A stretch of 64,000 bases of DNA from contig CP120455.1 of NCBI GenBank assembly GCA_034226945.1, positions 248,001-312,000 of the forward strand, read 5' to 3'. Every line of letters starts with the position of its first letter. The first letter of the stretch is position 1. Made by a program: the position numbers and the translations under genes. The stretch comes from Picochlorum sp. SENEW3. Its lineage: Eukaryota. Below the pieces are notes generated by a model. The model was not told the DNA's origin. It saw nothing but the letters and a program-made list of their open reading frames with translations, and made no database searches. This document shows, piece by piece, positions 1 through 11,988 of this stretch.

Positions 1-1207
1 CAAGTTGTATTCTTACATGTGGTTTGTCGCTGGATTCACAGTCGCCTTGGTCTGTCTTTCTTTAATGCGGGAACCAACACCTCCTTGGGGCGCAGCAGGT
101 GAACGATTATTGAATGTGATATATGGAATTGTCATCTCATGGGCTGTAGCTCTTGTTCTATTCCCAATTTCAGCGTGGAGGGTGGTGAGAGACAATTACT
201 CAAGGAGCTGCACTGCACTCAGCGCTGCGGTTGCATCGCTGCCAGATTTGTTTGAATCTGTTGAAGATGTCTCTAATATAGAACACATAAAGGAGCGGAT
301 CTTTGTCACCCCACTGAACAAGCTTGAAAATATCCATGGCATTGGTGCCCTGTACGAGCCCTTGAACAACCCAAAACTTGCCAATTCTCTCCACCTAACG
401 AATAGAGCCAGGAGACTTGTTAGCAACACTATGCCCTTTATTGGGCTGGCAGAAAAGGAAGTATTTTATTTCAGACGACCAAAACGGATTCCAAAGGGGA
501 GAATAGGACTTTCAGCACACACTAGCAACCTCTTTATCGATTATTTGATTCAGATTCTGTCTCTGAAGACGGAGTTTTTCCCACACAGTGATTGGAAGGT
601 TACCGAACCATTCCACCAAGCTCTCAGAGAGTCATTTAAAAGCTTGGCCCGGACGTTAGGGTATTTGGATGTTTCAATTCATAAACAGGGCAAGGGAATC
701 GATGCAGTCATCTCCTCACTGCAGGAATCTGCTACACACGTTGAAAACTTGTCAACTGTTGCAAAGACCATCCTCGACAACTTTCAGAAACTTTCGGAGA
801 AAAAGCAGGATGAACGAGCCCCTCTACAGAATGCAGAAATCCTTATAGTGTACCTGAGTTTTTCCATGTACCTTCAGACCAAGTGCATCATTCTAGCAGC
901 ATCCAAGGCCTTCATGTTCACGAATCCAGAGGCCATGGCACTGGTTGAAAAGCATGTGGGCGAAGAGGACTTCTTGTCCCTTGCCCATCGTGGCCCTGAA
1001 AACATCATCAGTGAGCTGATGGAAGGCAGTATGCTGTCGCCATTCATGGGCCAAAGCACACGCTCTGATGGCCTGTCAGATGACAGATACAATACAGTCT
1101 ATGGGAAATCAGATTCCAGTGGAAGCAGAAATGCAAGCATGGCTGTGCGACTCAAAGATGAGCTCGATAGAATGACTATGAGACTATCATCTGATGAGTC
1201 AGTTTAA
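1..1207 (+). CDS. ALMT/aromatic acid exporter (FUSC-like) family membrane protein, 5'-partial
   Basis: ORF open from the window edge; TM segments with 'RLLNVIYGIVISWAVALVLFPISAW' typical of the end of the ALMT TM domain, followed by a helical cytoplasmic domain containing 'EKE..YF'. Confidence 0.6.
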   Translation, partial: KLYSYMWFVAGFTVALVCLSLMREPTPPWGAAGERLLNVIYGIVISWAVALVLFPISAWRVVRDNYSRSCTALSAAVASLPDLFESVEDVSNIEHIKERIFVTPLNKLENIHGIGALYEPLNNPKLANSLHLTNRARRLVSNTMPFIGLAEKEVFYFRRPKRIPKGRIGLSAHTSNLFIDYLIQILSLKTEFFPHSDWKVTEPFHQALRESFKSLARTLGYLDVSIHKQGKGIDAVISSLQESATHVENLSTVAKTILDNFQKLSEKKQDERAPLQNAEILIVYLSFSMYLQTKCIILAASKAFMFTNPEAMALVEKHVGEEDFLSLAHRGPENIISELMEGSMLSPFMGQSTRSDGLSDDRYNTVYGKSDSSGSRNASMAVRLKDELDRMTMRLSSDESV

Positions 1208-1510
1208 ACAGTATATATCATGCATGGTATCAACAACTTGGAGCACACATGTGTGCACGTGCACTCTAGCCTAGAAAGTGGCGCCTTTTTTTCAAAATGA
1301 ATGATTGTCAGATATTGCCTCGAGCACTCGAGTGTGCAAAATAATTTAGTAATTGTATCAGCAAAATAATAAAGCAGATATTAACACAGTTGTATTGATC
1401 TAGTCGAGAGTGGCGACCATGTCAACATTCTCGTGCCGATGAAAAGGATTGTCATTTCCTGGGTATTCCCATCACTATTGACAGTGGAATTGTGAATATT
1501 TTATTTTAAG

Positions 1511-4500
1511 ATGGTTTCTGGAGGAGAATCATCGCATTTCCCCATGAACTGCGGTGAGCCTGTTGTTGGTAGTTCAGCGATGTTTCGGTTGGAAGCACTG
1601 CGGCGCGTGCGGGAGTGCCTTTTAGATACACAGGTGGAATATGAAGATATTATGGTATCTTTGAGAGAAATTTGTATGAGAAGGGCGGTAGTAGCGGGTG
1701 TGTTGGACAAGAATACTCGGAAAACGGCTCAGAATAGAGTCTGGGTTCCTCCTTCCTCGTCAGTCGGGGGGAGCAAGCATTCCAGGTTGGTCAAACGTGG
1801 CAGTCGAGAATCCGATATGGATGATATCAAGGTTGCGCAGGCGGAGTATAAACGATTGGGGGAGGAGCAGCGCAGGCTTGTGTTGAAGAGGTGTTTCTTC
1901 ATATGGAGGATGTCTTGCATTCTGTTTCGTGAGATGCAGAGTATGTTGGATAAGCTGAGGGATCAGGATGAAAAGAGTATTGTGAGGCACGCGTATGATG
2001 CATGGGTTGAAGTAAGTCAGCCCTGGATTTTTGACAATGGAGAGGTGTTTCAGAAGATGGCACAGTTTAGGTTGTTGCGGGATAGCAGGCTGTGCGTCCG
2101 TATGCTTGACGCATGGAGACGGTGGTCTCATCGACGAGTGGAGTTGCAGTCTCGAGAAATACTCTTGAAGGAGATGCGTGATCGCTCGTTGCTCAAGGCT
2201 GCTATGAACCAGTGGAGAGTGTACAGGGTGGTGCACCATTTGGATGGGATGCGAGCGTATCTAGCGAGCACGTATCGTGCCATGTCTCTTGTCAAGAAAT
2301 CATTAGCAGTGTGGAAGAGTGCCATGCTGAGGCGGCTTCTCTTGCAGGGTCGAATGCAGCAGGCTGCATTTTCTTCTGTCGAGGGTTGTAGATCCACTGG
2401 TCCCAAACAAACTGTCGATGATTTGCTCTTTGGTGCAGGTAGCACGTTGATGATTATGGGAAATGATGCATTAGAGACGAGGGAATCAATTCGAAGCTTG
2501 AAGTTGGCATGGAATCAGATGCAGCCATGCCTCAGGTGGGGAGATTTGACGCATGTGGATTTTGAAGAATATCAGGCTCGTATGAAATATGTCCCGGAGC
2601 AGTATATTGAAAACTCGATGTGGAGCGAGGATGACTTCATGGATCGAACATATCGTCTCGTGAAATGTGACGAGCGTTTGAATATGCTTGAGAAGGAAGA
2701 GCAGCATGTTTGTGATACTCTTGCATACATGGCACAATCCAAGATTCCTGCATTGCAGCAGCGCCATGAAAAATCACTTCAACGATTGATAGAATATGAG
2801 AAGATTATATCTGAGATGCAAGAGGTTAGGCAACAGTTGGAAGCGCAGGTGCATGCAGCTGTTTCTGTTGAGAAGAAGAGATGGCATGAATATGAGAATG
2901 CTCTTGACACAAGGAGTCATCTGGAATCACTCCATGCATCGATTTTGACCTCGCTGGAAACATCTCAGGCTGATTGGGAGTGTCACAGAGGTAGTTTAAG
3001 TCAAGTAAAGAAGGACATTGACGCGTGGACGAGCAAAAAAAGAGAGCATGCAAGGGTTGCTTCAAAGAAGGCCACAAGAGATTCTAAATTGACAGCTGCT
3101 GTCAAGTTGAAAGAGGCACAAAGTCGCTTGCAGCAAGCGCAAGAACGACAAGTAGAACTTAAAAGGTCGAAAGATGACGTGTGGAATACATATCAGGATG
3201 CTCTGATAGCAGAGAAGGAGATGTCTATTGAATTGGAAAGGGAGCACATGGCATGTGACCAAAGCAAACGTTCTCACGAGCAGGCAAGAGAGAATCTAGA
3301 AATGCTGCAAGAGGAACTTCTCTCTATTGATCGAGAATATAACGAGTTGGTACCTCGATTAGATTTCCTGTCTGCCGAGGTTGACAGTACAAATGAAGAG
3401 ATTGAGAAGAGACTGGCAGATGTTGGTGCTTTGAGAGCATCCCATGAGCAACTATTGGCCGAGGTGAAACACATGAAAGCGACAAAAATTTCTTTGGAAG
3501 CAGAATTGAAACAATGCCAAGCAGAGAAAATGTCTAGAATGGAGTACCAGAATACCCGAGTGGGTGGTGGAGAAGTCATCATCATTCAGAATTCGTCTCT
3601 GGCACGGGCAGAGTCACCAGAGACTGCCAGCCACTCTGAGATACATCGATCGATACGATCGCTTGGCAGATCTCACGGAGAAATGGTGCTTCTAGAATCT
3701 GCAAGATCTTATCATATACTGGCTCGAGCGAGAAGATGTCTATCCACTTGGAGGCTTTCTACATGCGAAGCAAGGTCAGCCAGGACGCTTGCACAGGAAA
3801 AGTATGCTGCCCGCTTCTTGCCTGTGGCCTTTGTGGCATGGAAACAAGCGATACTGAGTGACAAGAAATTTATAAAGGAACACAATGCGAGAAGGATCAA
3901 ATCTCTCTTTTTGCAAACGTGGAATACAACTGCATCAACATGTGCCAAGCAAGCTCACATTGTTTCATCACAGCAACAGGTGCTCCACAGGTGCGTTTTG
4001 CTCATCATATTATTCCTGCTTTGATTCAGACACCTTCTGCTGTACTCATCTACGAATATATATTTCATGCGAATGTAGGAGGCTTCTGCAAAGGTCCATG
4101 TTTGGTTGGAGAGACCATGTGCTGAACTTGCAAAAGGCATCAGACTTTGCCTGCCGAGGCAAAAACAAGTTGAAGTGCAAAATATTCCACTTCTGGAGAA
4201 TCAAAACAGCGATTAGTGCAGACTTAAACCTCAGGTACTTGGAATTCACAGAAAAGAAAGAAGCAAAGCTGCTCACTGCAGTATTTGCAGAGTGGAACAA
4301 GGCTACGCACCATCGCATTTTGTTAAGAAACGTGATTCAGCGCGCCTGTAACGCTTGGGAACTCAAACTGAAAGATGAAGAATACTATTCAGAACCGACA
4401 GTGAAGAGCAGATGCATTGCTGTGTGGTCATTGCATACACACCAAGAGCGAGAGACAAGGCGCCTCGAGCAAGCATGCAGTGGACTTTCTCTAGCCCGAA

Positions 4501-4913
4501 ACATGCGTACCCTGGGAGCTGTGCTGGCTGCATGGTCACAGACGACACAAAAGAGCAGAAAATCTCGACAGGAGGCATATACAAGGGTATACGAGTCACG
4601 CATCCGAAACCTCCAGTATCAGGCCTTTTCTCTCTGGCATTCAAGGTCAACAACTGTGTCCCTCACTCTGGCATCCCTCCACAGCGCTTGGACGTATGAC
4701 CACCCTCTCCAACATGCTCTCCAGGCATGGTTTGAATCCATATCAAAGATCAGACGAAGGAGGAAACTTGAGAGCATCTCAAAACAGCTGACCACACAGC
4801 CTCACAACAACAGGACGATTCCAGCATCACAATACGCATGGTGTTCACCCATCAAGAACCTCCATAAAGACGCAGTGTGCCATCAAGAGTCTCCAAACGC
4901 AATATCCGTATAA
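1511..4913 (+). CDS. Sfi1-like (centrin-binding Trp-repeat) coiled-coil protein; 2 exons (1511-3990, 4079-4913)
   Basis: Many periodic 'L/F..W' repeats (CFFIWR, AYDAWV, MLDAWR, AMNQWR, SLAVWK, AFVAWK, IFHFWR, VFAEWN, AFSLWH) flanking a long coiled coil; GT-AG intron 3991-4078 joins ORFs 1511 and 3885 in frame. Confidence 0.55.
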
Positions 4914-4926
4914 TAATGATGTATAT

Positions 4927-4939
4927 TTACATGATGTAA
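4927..4939. terminator. Back-to-back chlorophyte poly(A) signals (TGTAA on each strand) between convergent genes
   Basis: ttaca at 4927-4931 (TGTAA on minus) and tgtaa at 4935-4939, between the Sfi1-like stop and the NDUFB10 stop. Confidence 0.45.
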
Positions 4940-4988
4940 CACAACACAAATTCACACTATGGATTCTATAAAGAAAAATAAACAGCAA

Positions 4989-5288
4989 TCAGCTCTTCCA
5001 CGTCGCCCTGTCATCCGGCTTAATATTAGCTCGTGAAAACCCAATCCCCTTGATATGCTCCATATACTTTTCTGCCAGCTCTTTACAATCAGACACAAAA
5101 TTAACCCCAGAATCCTTGTAACACTTGGAAAGCTCCTGCTGCAGAAGTTTGGCTTCTGCAATCTTTACATACTCCTCAGACACAGCCGCTTCCTTATGTT
5201 TAAAATATAACACAGGATCTTTATATTTGTGATCGGGATCATACCCAGGAGGGTCCTTGGTAATAGGATGAACCCCGGTGAATGGCAT
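4989..5288 (-). CDS. NDUFB10: NADH:ubiquinone oxidoreductase subunit B10 (PDSW)
   Basis: 'DPVLYFKHKEAAVSEEYVKIAEAKLLQQELSKCYKDSGVNFVSDCKELAEKY' with the Cx11C pattern of plant NDUFB10; first ATG at 5288. Confidence 0.85.
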   Translation of the reverse strand: MPFTGVHPITKDPPGYDPDHKYKDPVLYFKHKEAAVSEEYVKIAEAKLLQQELSKCYKDSGVNFVSDCKELAEKYMEHIKGIGFSRANIKPDDRATWKS

Positions 5289-5680
5289 TGCAGAGACCAA
5301 GACGCTCCTTGCACTCACTCGGTTCAACGACGGTGGTCACACGTGTACTATAGCAGTAGTTAAGAAATAGTAGTGGCTAGGAAGGGGACTGGACCGACGT
5401 GATACGTCAGTGTGCTACTGTCGAGCGATGATTATGCCAGAGTAATTCAGGAATATTTATATATCTAATCAAGGAGTTTTGTAGCATTCTAAAGACTGCT
5501 GTGCCTTGCAGGCCTATGTTTACATTCTTTTCAAAATTATGCATAATAATAATTGGATTGTATTCTTGCATGCGTAGATGATGGGCTGAGGAGTGCGTCT
5601 TCTGTCTTTCTCTGTGCCTGGAGACTCTTTCCCTCGCTGTTCGCCTTCTCTTCTCTTCTTTTACAAAGAGATTCCTCACA

Positions 5681-6295
5681 ATGCCATCAAATATCAAGGA
5701 AAATGCCATCAAAATCAGTCTAAGTACGAAGAAGGCTTGGAGACGGGTGGCATCAACCCATTCCCTGGAGGACTTGCTTTCTGAAAACTGCTGTGATGAG
5801 AACACAAATACGCCTACTCCTGGGCAGAGACTCATGTTACTGTCCTTGGGGATATTTTTTATTGCAGCTGGGCTGCTAGGTCTTGCGCTCGGGTATCTTG
5901 TCGTACGCCATTGTGGGCCCTCCTCCATATCAGAGATATGGTCTCATCCGGCATCCTGTGATGCCATTGCGCAGAAGGCATACCATCGCGCTGTGGTAGA
6001 ATTCGGCGTCTTTACTATATTTGTTCCTATGCTCAGGTTTTGCATACAGCATCGCGTCTTTTCCAGATGGCTTGGTCTGCATGAGATGGATGATGTGGTT
6101 CTGAGGTTTGCATCTGTGGTAGAACGATATTACACGGAACAAGGAGACGCAGCATCTTCATCTGCCAATGTATTGTATCTATTAGCACTGATACCAATCG
6201 TCTGTGGACCCGTGACGGTATTGGCTATTGCTGTGAACTGGACCAGCATGAAGGTGTTCAAACATAATTCAGCAACGGGGTCAAACAATGCATGA
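5681..6295 (+). CDS. PIG-Y family GPI-GlcNAc transferase subunit-like membrane protein
   Basis: C-terminal 'YLLALIPIVCGPVTVLAIAVNWTSMKVFKHN' resembles the PIG-Y signature (L.IP...PV......NW.SMK.F.H). Confidence 0.65.
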   Translation: MPSNIKENAIKISLSTKKAWRRVASTHSLEDLLSENCCDENTNTPTPGQRLMLLSLGIFFIAAGLLGLALGYLVVRHCGPSSISEIWSHPASCDAIAQKAYHRAVVEFGVFTIFVPMLRFCIQHRVFSRWLGLHEMDDVVLRFASVVERYYTEQGDAASSSANVLYLLALIPIVCGPVTVLAIAVNWTSMKVFKHNSATGSNNA

Positions 6296-6683
6296 TGTCA
6301 TAGGCAAGCGTTTGAATGGGTTTAAAACATATGTAATTAGGGTTATATTAATGATAGTGTAATAGTACCGTGTTTAAGCAAGCTATCGTCGATTCAGTTT
6401 GATTCGAACGCAAGGATCTCAACAAACTCGGGTTTGATTCGATCTTTTTCCAAGTCGCACATATTCCCCTCCATTGCGTCAGAAAAATAGTGGGAAATAT
6501 ATATTAGTGCATATAAAATTGTTTCCCTTGAAGTGTGATTTGATTCGAAGCAGAAACAAGTTCGAAAAAGAGTCACGCAGTGTCGTCGTTGGCTGGTCGT
6601 TGGGTCGGTGAAGGCGCCCCTGAGATTGCAATCTATCCAACAACGGTTGGTTCCCTCCATCCATTCATCTAGGTGACACAACA

Positions 6684-7682
6684 ATGTCTTGGACAAGGAA
6701 TGGTCGACGTACTTCCAAGCGGTTGTCGGAGAGACACGAGCGGGAAAGGGGGGAGGCTCAGATTGGGGACTGTGTTGGAGTAGAGACACAAAGGGATGAT
6801 CCGAATGCAAGCGTGCAACATACGGATACTGATGCTTTGGTAGATCATTTTGTGATCAAATCGAAGCGGGAGGAAGATTACATCGATGAATGCAGTGATT
6901 TTTCACTGGATGTTCCCAGTAGAAGTAACCACAGGAGGAAGAGGAGGTCAAGCATCTCTGAAGTGTTTGAGACTGAACAGTTTGAAGAGATGGTGGAGAA
7001 TCTGATATTATCGTATCAGCAAGATATGAAAACTTTATCAGATGGTGGAGACTCGATGCCGTCGTGTGGACTTTTCCCAAGTGAGACGTATGATGCCATC
7101 CTCTGTGATGCCATCATGTATCGAGATGGTGATGCGAACAGTCAATTGAGCCAACAACAACATTTGTATGAGAATAATGATGTGTTGTGTCGGAGAAAGG
7201 CGCGGTACGGGAGAGGCGGATTTGGTACGCAGGAGAATGTGAGGCCAAATGCTCCAGGTTCAGATCTCTGGTGGCAGAGACCTCCAGAACGGAAAGGTCC
7301 CCATAAGGATGTAGGAACTCAGACGGTATCTCCAATGACTATAGAGAGGCAAGTAAATCATGTGATGGAGAGCGCGTCGCCATTTCGGGTGGTGGGCCCT
7401 GAGGATGCTGTGTATCTGAGAGGACAAGGGACACACGTGCCATTTGGCCATGCCTCCTCGACTCCTGGTACACCCGAAGACTGCGACGCTCAGGAGAAAA
7501 TATCACTACTTCAAGTGCTGTTTGAGACAATATGGGAGGAGGACATGCCGACGTTAAAGGATTTGAGGTCGAATGGCTTTGATAGAAGGCTCGTCAACAA
7601 ACTGGTTCAGCAACACATCTTGCAGAGGCATCGCGAGTATCGTCAGCCACAACGATTTTCCTGGATTGGAAAGGAAGAATAA
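6684..7682 (+). CDS. Hypothetical protein, low complexity, probable NLS (RRKRR)
   Basis: 332-aa uninterrupted ORF with ATG start; no motif recognised. Confidence 0.55.
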   Translation: MSWTRNGRRTSKRLSERHERERGEAQIGDCVGVETQRDDPNASVQHTDTDALVDHFVIKSKREEDYIDECSDFSLDVPSRSNHRRKRRSSISEVFETEQFEEMVENLILSYQQDMKTLSDGGDSMPSCGLFPSETYDAILCDAIMYRDGDANSQLSQQQHLYENNDVLCRRKARYGRGGFGTQENVRPNAPGSDLWWQRPPERKGPHKDVGTQTVSPMTIERQVNHVMESASPFRVVGPEDAVYLRGQGTHVPFGHASSTPGTPEDCDAQEKISLLQVLFETIWEEDMPTLKDLRSNGFDRRLVNKLVQQHILQRHREYRQPQRFSWIGKEE

Positions 7683-7749
7683 TCTTTATCGTTAAAGCAA
7701 ATGTATGCCCGGAATAATAATAACATAAGAAGGAAGAGTGGTGTACTGT

Positions 7750-8582
7750 CTATGCCCAGAATTTCTGCTTCCTCTTTGGTGTAAGATCTCCAATCTCAAT
7801 ATCATTGATCTTGGCAGCAAGAATGAAATCATTGATTGTCAATCCCCCCTTGACATGTGTGAACAGCTCTGCTCTGACGGTGAGGAGCACATCATCAAAC
7901 TCGAGCTTTGGATGGTGGTTCTCTGCATCAGCTACAGCCATGATTCTTTTCATCAGTTCCTCTCCGCTAGGTGCATCTTTGACTTTCCAGTCGCATTCTA
8001 TGCAATCCTTTCCGGACTCGCTCTTTGAGACTCTCCATCCGGCACACTGGGCACGCAGGATGTTGATATCTCTTTCTTCCAAGAGCTGGACTGCATCACT
8101 CTGAGATGGCAAGCATTTTTTGCTTGACAATCCCGTAAACTCACGAATCGCATCAGGAGGCTTGATGACATGCTCAGTATCGTAATTCCCGAGAGGTTTC
8201 TCACCAAAGCCACTCTCCAGTTCCCCTGCATATGGGTCACGAGCACCAAAATCTTCTCCAACCAAAGCTCTCTCAGCCCCTGGATCCAATCCAGCAACTA
8301 TCTGAAGAGATCCACGATCACAGCGGATTCTCAAGCGGCAAGATGAGGATTTCTACGAGCAAAAGAAGGACAATGAGAGGAGCCAACGCGACCTGGAAGG
8401 AGCAAGTCTACCACCAACACACGTACCGATACCACGTTACCGGACCAATTTGCGGCCTTTAATGTTCCTATAATCCAGGAGAAAAACAAAATAAAATTAG
8501 CATGAAATGTATACTTGCTATGATGCCGCACACAAGGCGAGGAGAACAAAAACGTACTCGCAACTGACATACAGGAGCGCAT
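7750..8582 (-). CDS. RAF2: Plastid pterin-4a-carbinolamine dehydratase-like protein, RAF2 (Rubisco accumulation factor 2) type; probably 3 exons
   Basis: 'DFGARDPYAGELESGFGEKPLGNYDTEH' plus the PCD fold 'AENHHPKL...LFTHVKGGLTINDFILAAKIND'; transit-peptide exons deduced from GT-AG introns ~8557-8470 and 8426-8353. Confidence 0.75.
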
Positions 8583-8880
8583 ATTTCCCTTTTGATTGAA
8601 TGATTTCCAACGGTATTGAAATAATTCGATTGTAACTGCAAAATGTACTACCTGGTGGTGGAGAGGGCGGATGTTTTCGACCTGTTCGGAATGACCACCC
8701 ACGAGACTGTCGAATTACTTTGGCTTCGACTGCGCAGCCTTCGGAGAGCCACAATTGAAAACTCCCATATGGGACGCACATTGTGGCCCCTGAGGTGTAA
8801 CAATTTCATATAAATTACTCACAGGATTGTGTAGCATCTGATCGTGTGAGATTGTGCGCAATTGAGAAGATAGTATAGAC

Positions 8881-9356
8881 ATGTCGATGCGTGTGCAGAC
8901 AGTGCGTTGTGGCTCCATGAGCGCTACACGCGTCACTATTCCAAGGACAAATACTATTAAAGCACCAATGCGTGTGTCCAGACCAGCCAAGTTGCAGTCT
9001 GAATTCCTGAGCACTGGTGCCGCCCTGAAGGGGCTGTGCGCTTCCCTTGCTGGTACGTTTAGTCAGCAGAATCGATGCCTCTGTAGATAGATTGGACTAA
9101 AAGTACTTATTATGTTGTAGGAATGGTGATCTCTCCATTAAGGAAGCTGGCCCGAGGAAATCGCGGTCCTTTGGTTGTGGAGGCAAACAGGAAGAAGGGA
9201 CTCGGAAGCACAACATTTGGAACCAGGCGCAAGAGAGCTCGCGTGTCTGGATTTAGAACTAGAATGGCATCTGTTGGAGGGCGCAAGGTTTTGAAAGCTA
9301 GGCGCAAGAAGGGAAGAAAGAACCTTGTGCCAGGTGGAAGACCTGTGAGAAAGTAA
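8881..9356 (+). CDS. PRPL34: Plastid 50S ribosomal protein L34 precursor; exons 8881-9052, 9121-9356
   Basis: '[36 protein letters not shown]' is the L34 motif; transit peptide; in-frame intron 9053-9120. Confidence 0.9.
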
Positions 9357-9433
9357 TCAGCTTTCTCTGGCTGTTAGACGTTTGTATACATTTCACTTAA
9401 TAATTCAATAGAGTGTTGTTTGTAATCGGTAGT

Positions 9434-11785
9434 TTACAGTTTCGAAGACATATATGCTGTGTTATCGCAATCAATTGAAATGGGTGGCGAGAAGGCATTT
9501 TCCAAAGCCTGCTCTACATGGCTAACAGGGATGATGGCCAGGTTTTGAATGTGTTCATCGTTGATGCATTTCATCGCTTCATTGTAGGTTTTAGAGGGTA
9601 ATATCACTCGAGCCATTCCTGCAGTGTGCGCGGCAATGACCTTCTCTTTGATGCCACCAACCGGGAGAACATGACCACGAAGAGAGATTTCTCCTGTCAA
9701 AGCAGTGTCACTCCGCACCTTGACACCACTGAATAATGATATCAAAGCCACTAAAATTGTTACACCTGCAGATGGGCCATCCTTACGAACCGCTCCGGAG
9801 GGGAGGTGGATATGGATTGATGCTGCTTGAATTTCTTGCTTATCCAGGATATCAATCTCGTCAGCATGGCCTAGGATCCAATTGAGGGCAATGTGCGCCG
9901 ACTCATTTAGAACCTCCCCCATCCTACCTGTGAGTGTCAAACGAGGATGTGGAGCGTCATCCTGGCTGCTTATTTTGAGACACTCGATATACTGTACACT
10001 GCCTCCGGTGACCTCCCAGACAAGTCCAGCTGCACAACCAGGATGCTGCACACGGTGGTCTCTGTCGTGCTTTTCGAATATTGGAGGTCCCAAAATATCC
10101 TCAATTGTAGATGTGTCTGATATTAAAATCTCGTTGGATCCAGTGCGACCTTCTTTCACAATTTTGACTGCATAATGCCGGCATAATGAGTCTAAACGCT
10201 TTGTCAAACCCCTCACACCTGCTTCCTTTGTGTATCCTGAAATCAAAAACAACAATATGTCATCCGACAGCGATAGTGGAAATTCTTGCATCGCATTCTT
10301 CTTGATGAGAGACGGGAGAAGATGATTTTTTGCGATGACCACCTTCTCCTGCATTGTATACCCTGGCAAATGAATGCATTCTAGCCTGTCCATCAGCGGA
10401 GGAGGAATATTTTCAAAATTGTTCGCCGTCGCAACGAATATAACCTTGGACATATCAAACGGCAGAGCAATATAATGATCCATAAAACCATTGTTCTGCT
10501 CCGGATCCAGCAGTTCCAACAACGCACTGGCTGGATCACCTCGACTGTCTCTGCCAGTCTTGTCCACCTCATCAAGCAGGAGAATGCAATCAGACACTTT
10601 GGCTCTTTTCATCGCCTGAATCACTCTCCCCGGCATTGACCCTATATACGTCCTACGATGACCACGGATCTCTGCTTCGTCCCTAACACCCCCAAGGCTT
10701 ATTCTTTGAAATGGCTTTCCCAAGGCTTCTGCAATGGAACGGGCAATGGATGTTTTCCCAGTCCCTGGTGGTCCTATCAAGCAGAGCACCGGCGCAGCAC
10801 TTGTCGACTTTGTATTATCTTGGAGCATCTGAATTGCTACAAATTCAATGATACGCTTCTTCACGTCCACCATCCCATGATGATTTCTATTCAGCACCTC
10901 CTCAACTCTGTCCAGCAGTGGAGAATCGTCTTCCCTACTATGAACAACATTCCATGGAAGATCACATAATGTTTCTATATAGTTCACTAGAGACGAATGA
11001 CCGGGATGCTGCTCTGACATCTTTTTCAACTTGGCCAACTCTTTCTCAACGGCTTCAATCACATCCTGAGATGCACCACGTTCTCTGATCTTGGCAAGCA
11101 CTGCTGCATCAAACCCATCCTCCCTGGAGGATCCATTCATTGCCACATGCAACGACGCAACGCTTTTTGCTAAAAGTTGCTGCACAATTTCCAGCCTCTT
11201 TTGTACGTCCAATGTCTCAAACAGCTTTTTACGAGTAGACTTTTTGGTTGTGAGCATACTTCCCAAAACATCAGACAACACACTTGGCGACGAGCTCCGC
11301 AGCATATCGAAAACCTTTGAAGCATCTTGTTTACCAAGTGGCATATACTTGAGAACAACTTCCATCTTCTGGAGTATATCAGAAATCAGACCAGTATCAA
11401 CAGCAGCAGTCTGTTCAACACAAGGAGCACACATGGCAACCCGAACACCATTCCGATCCACTCGTGTGTCATGTACAGTCACTCGATGCATACCCCTGAA
11501 GATCAGGCTACGGTCTCCATCATCTTGACACCGTACTTCGATAATCTTTGCCGCCAGACACATGGTTGGAACCTCGTCCTCAGGTCTCTCTGTCCAACAC
11601 AGTGCGACATCAGGTTTCGTCGATTTTTGACGCCGTAATACATCCGAGGATGTAAATTTATCCGATAAAATATTAATTATGGATGTTTCTGCACCATGAG
11701 ACACAGCTACCTTGACAATCGAGCCCGGTAAAGCGCATTGCACGGAACTCGGCAAGTTCAAAACTGGAAACTCTTCCGAAGACAT
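9434..11785 (-). CDS. LON2: Peroxisomal Lon protease
   Basis: Walker A GPPGTGKTS, 'DEAEIRGHRRTYIGSMPG', Walker B LLDEVDK, catalytic KDGPSAG, C-terminal PTS1 -SKL. Confidence 0.92.
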   Translation of the reverse strand: MSSEEFPVLNLPSSVQCALPGSIVKVAVSHGAETSIINILSDKFTSSDVLRRQKSTKPDVALCWTERPEDEVPTMCLAAKIIEVRCQDDGDRSLIFRGMHRVTVHDTRVDRNGVRVAMCAPCVEQTAAVDTGLISDILQKMEVVLKYMPLGKQDASKVFDMLRSSSPSVLSDVLGSMLTTKKSTRKKLFETLDVQKRLEIVQQLLAKSVASLHVAMNGSSREDGFDAAVLAKIRERGASQDVIEAVEKELAKLKKMSEQHPGHSSLVNYIETLCDLPWNVVHSREDDSPLLDRVEEVLNRNHHGMVDVKKRIIEFVAIQMLQDNTKSTSAAPVLCLIGPPGTGKTSIARSIAEALGKPFQRISLGGVRDEAEIRGHRRTYIGSMPGRVIQAMKRAKVSDCILLLDEVDKTGRDSRGDPASALLELLDPEQNNGFMDHYIALPFDMSKVIFVATANNFENIPPPLMDRLECIHLPGYTMQEKVVIAKNHLLPSLIKKNAMQEFPLSLSDDILLFLISGYTKEAGVRGLTKRLDSLCRHYAVKIVKEGRTGSNEILISDTSTIEDILGPPIFEKHDRDHRVQHPGCAAGLVWEVTGGSVQYIECLKISSQDDAPHPRLTLTGRMGEVLNESAHIALNWILGHADEIDILDKQEIQAASIHIHLPSGAVRKDGPSAGVTILVALISLFSGVKVRSDTALTGEISLRGHVLPVGGIKEKVIAAHTAGMARVILPSKTYNEAMKCINDEHIQNLAIIPVSHVEQALENAFSPPISIDCDNTAYMSSKL

Positions 11786-11988
11786 GCTTCCGTCTCACAT
11801 ATCCTTCTAGTTACCCTTGTAATTGACTACTATGTAATGCAATGTGAAATTGGATGAATATTGTAAAGCACATTGCCCTAGTAAAGACGGTCTTATGAAA
11901 TCAGTCTAAAAAAGGAATCGTGGACCACACATGGTCGACATTTAGTTGTCGATCGAATCCAATCGGCAGGGTATTGAAATCGCATACA

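Noticed and set aside
5407..5928. 173-aa minus-strand ORF with a basic RRRRTARERVSRHRERQK stretch
   Set aside because: Overlaps the PIG-Y-like gene antisense; the basic run arises from a CT-rich leader; no other support
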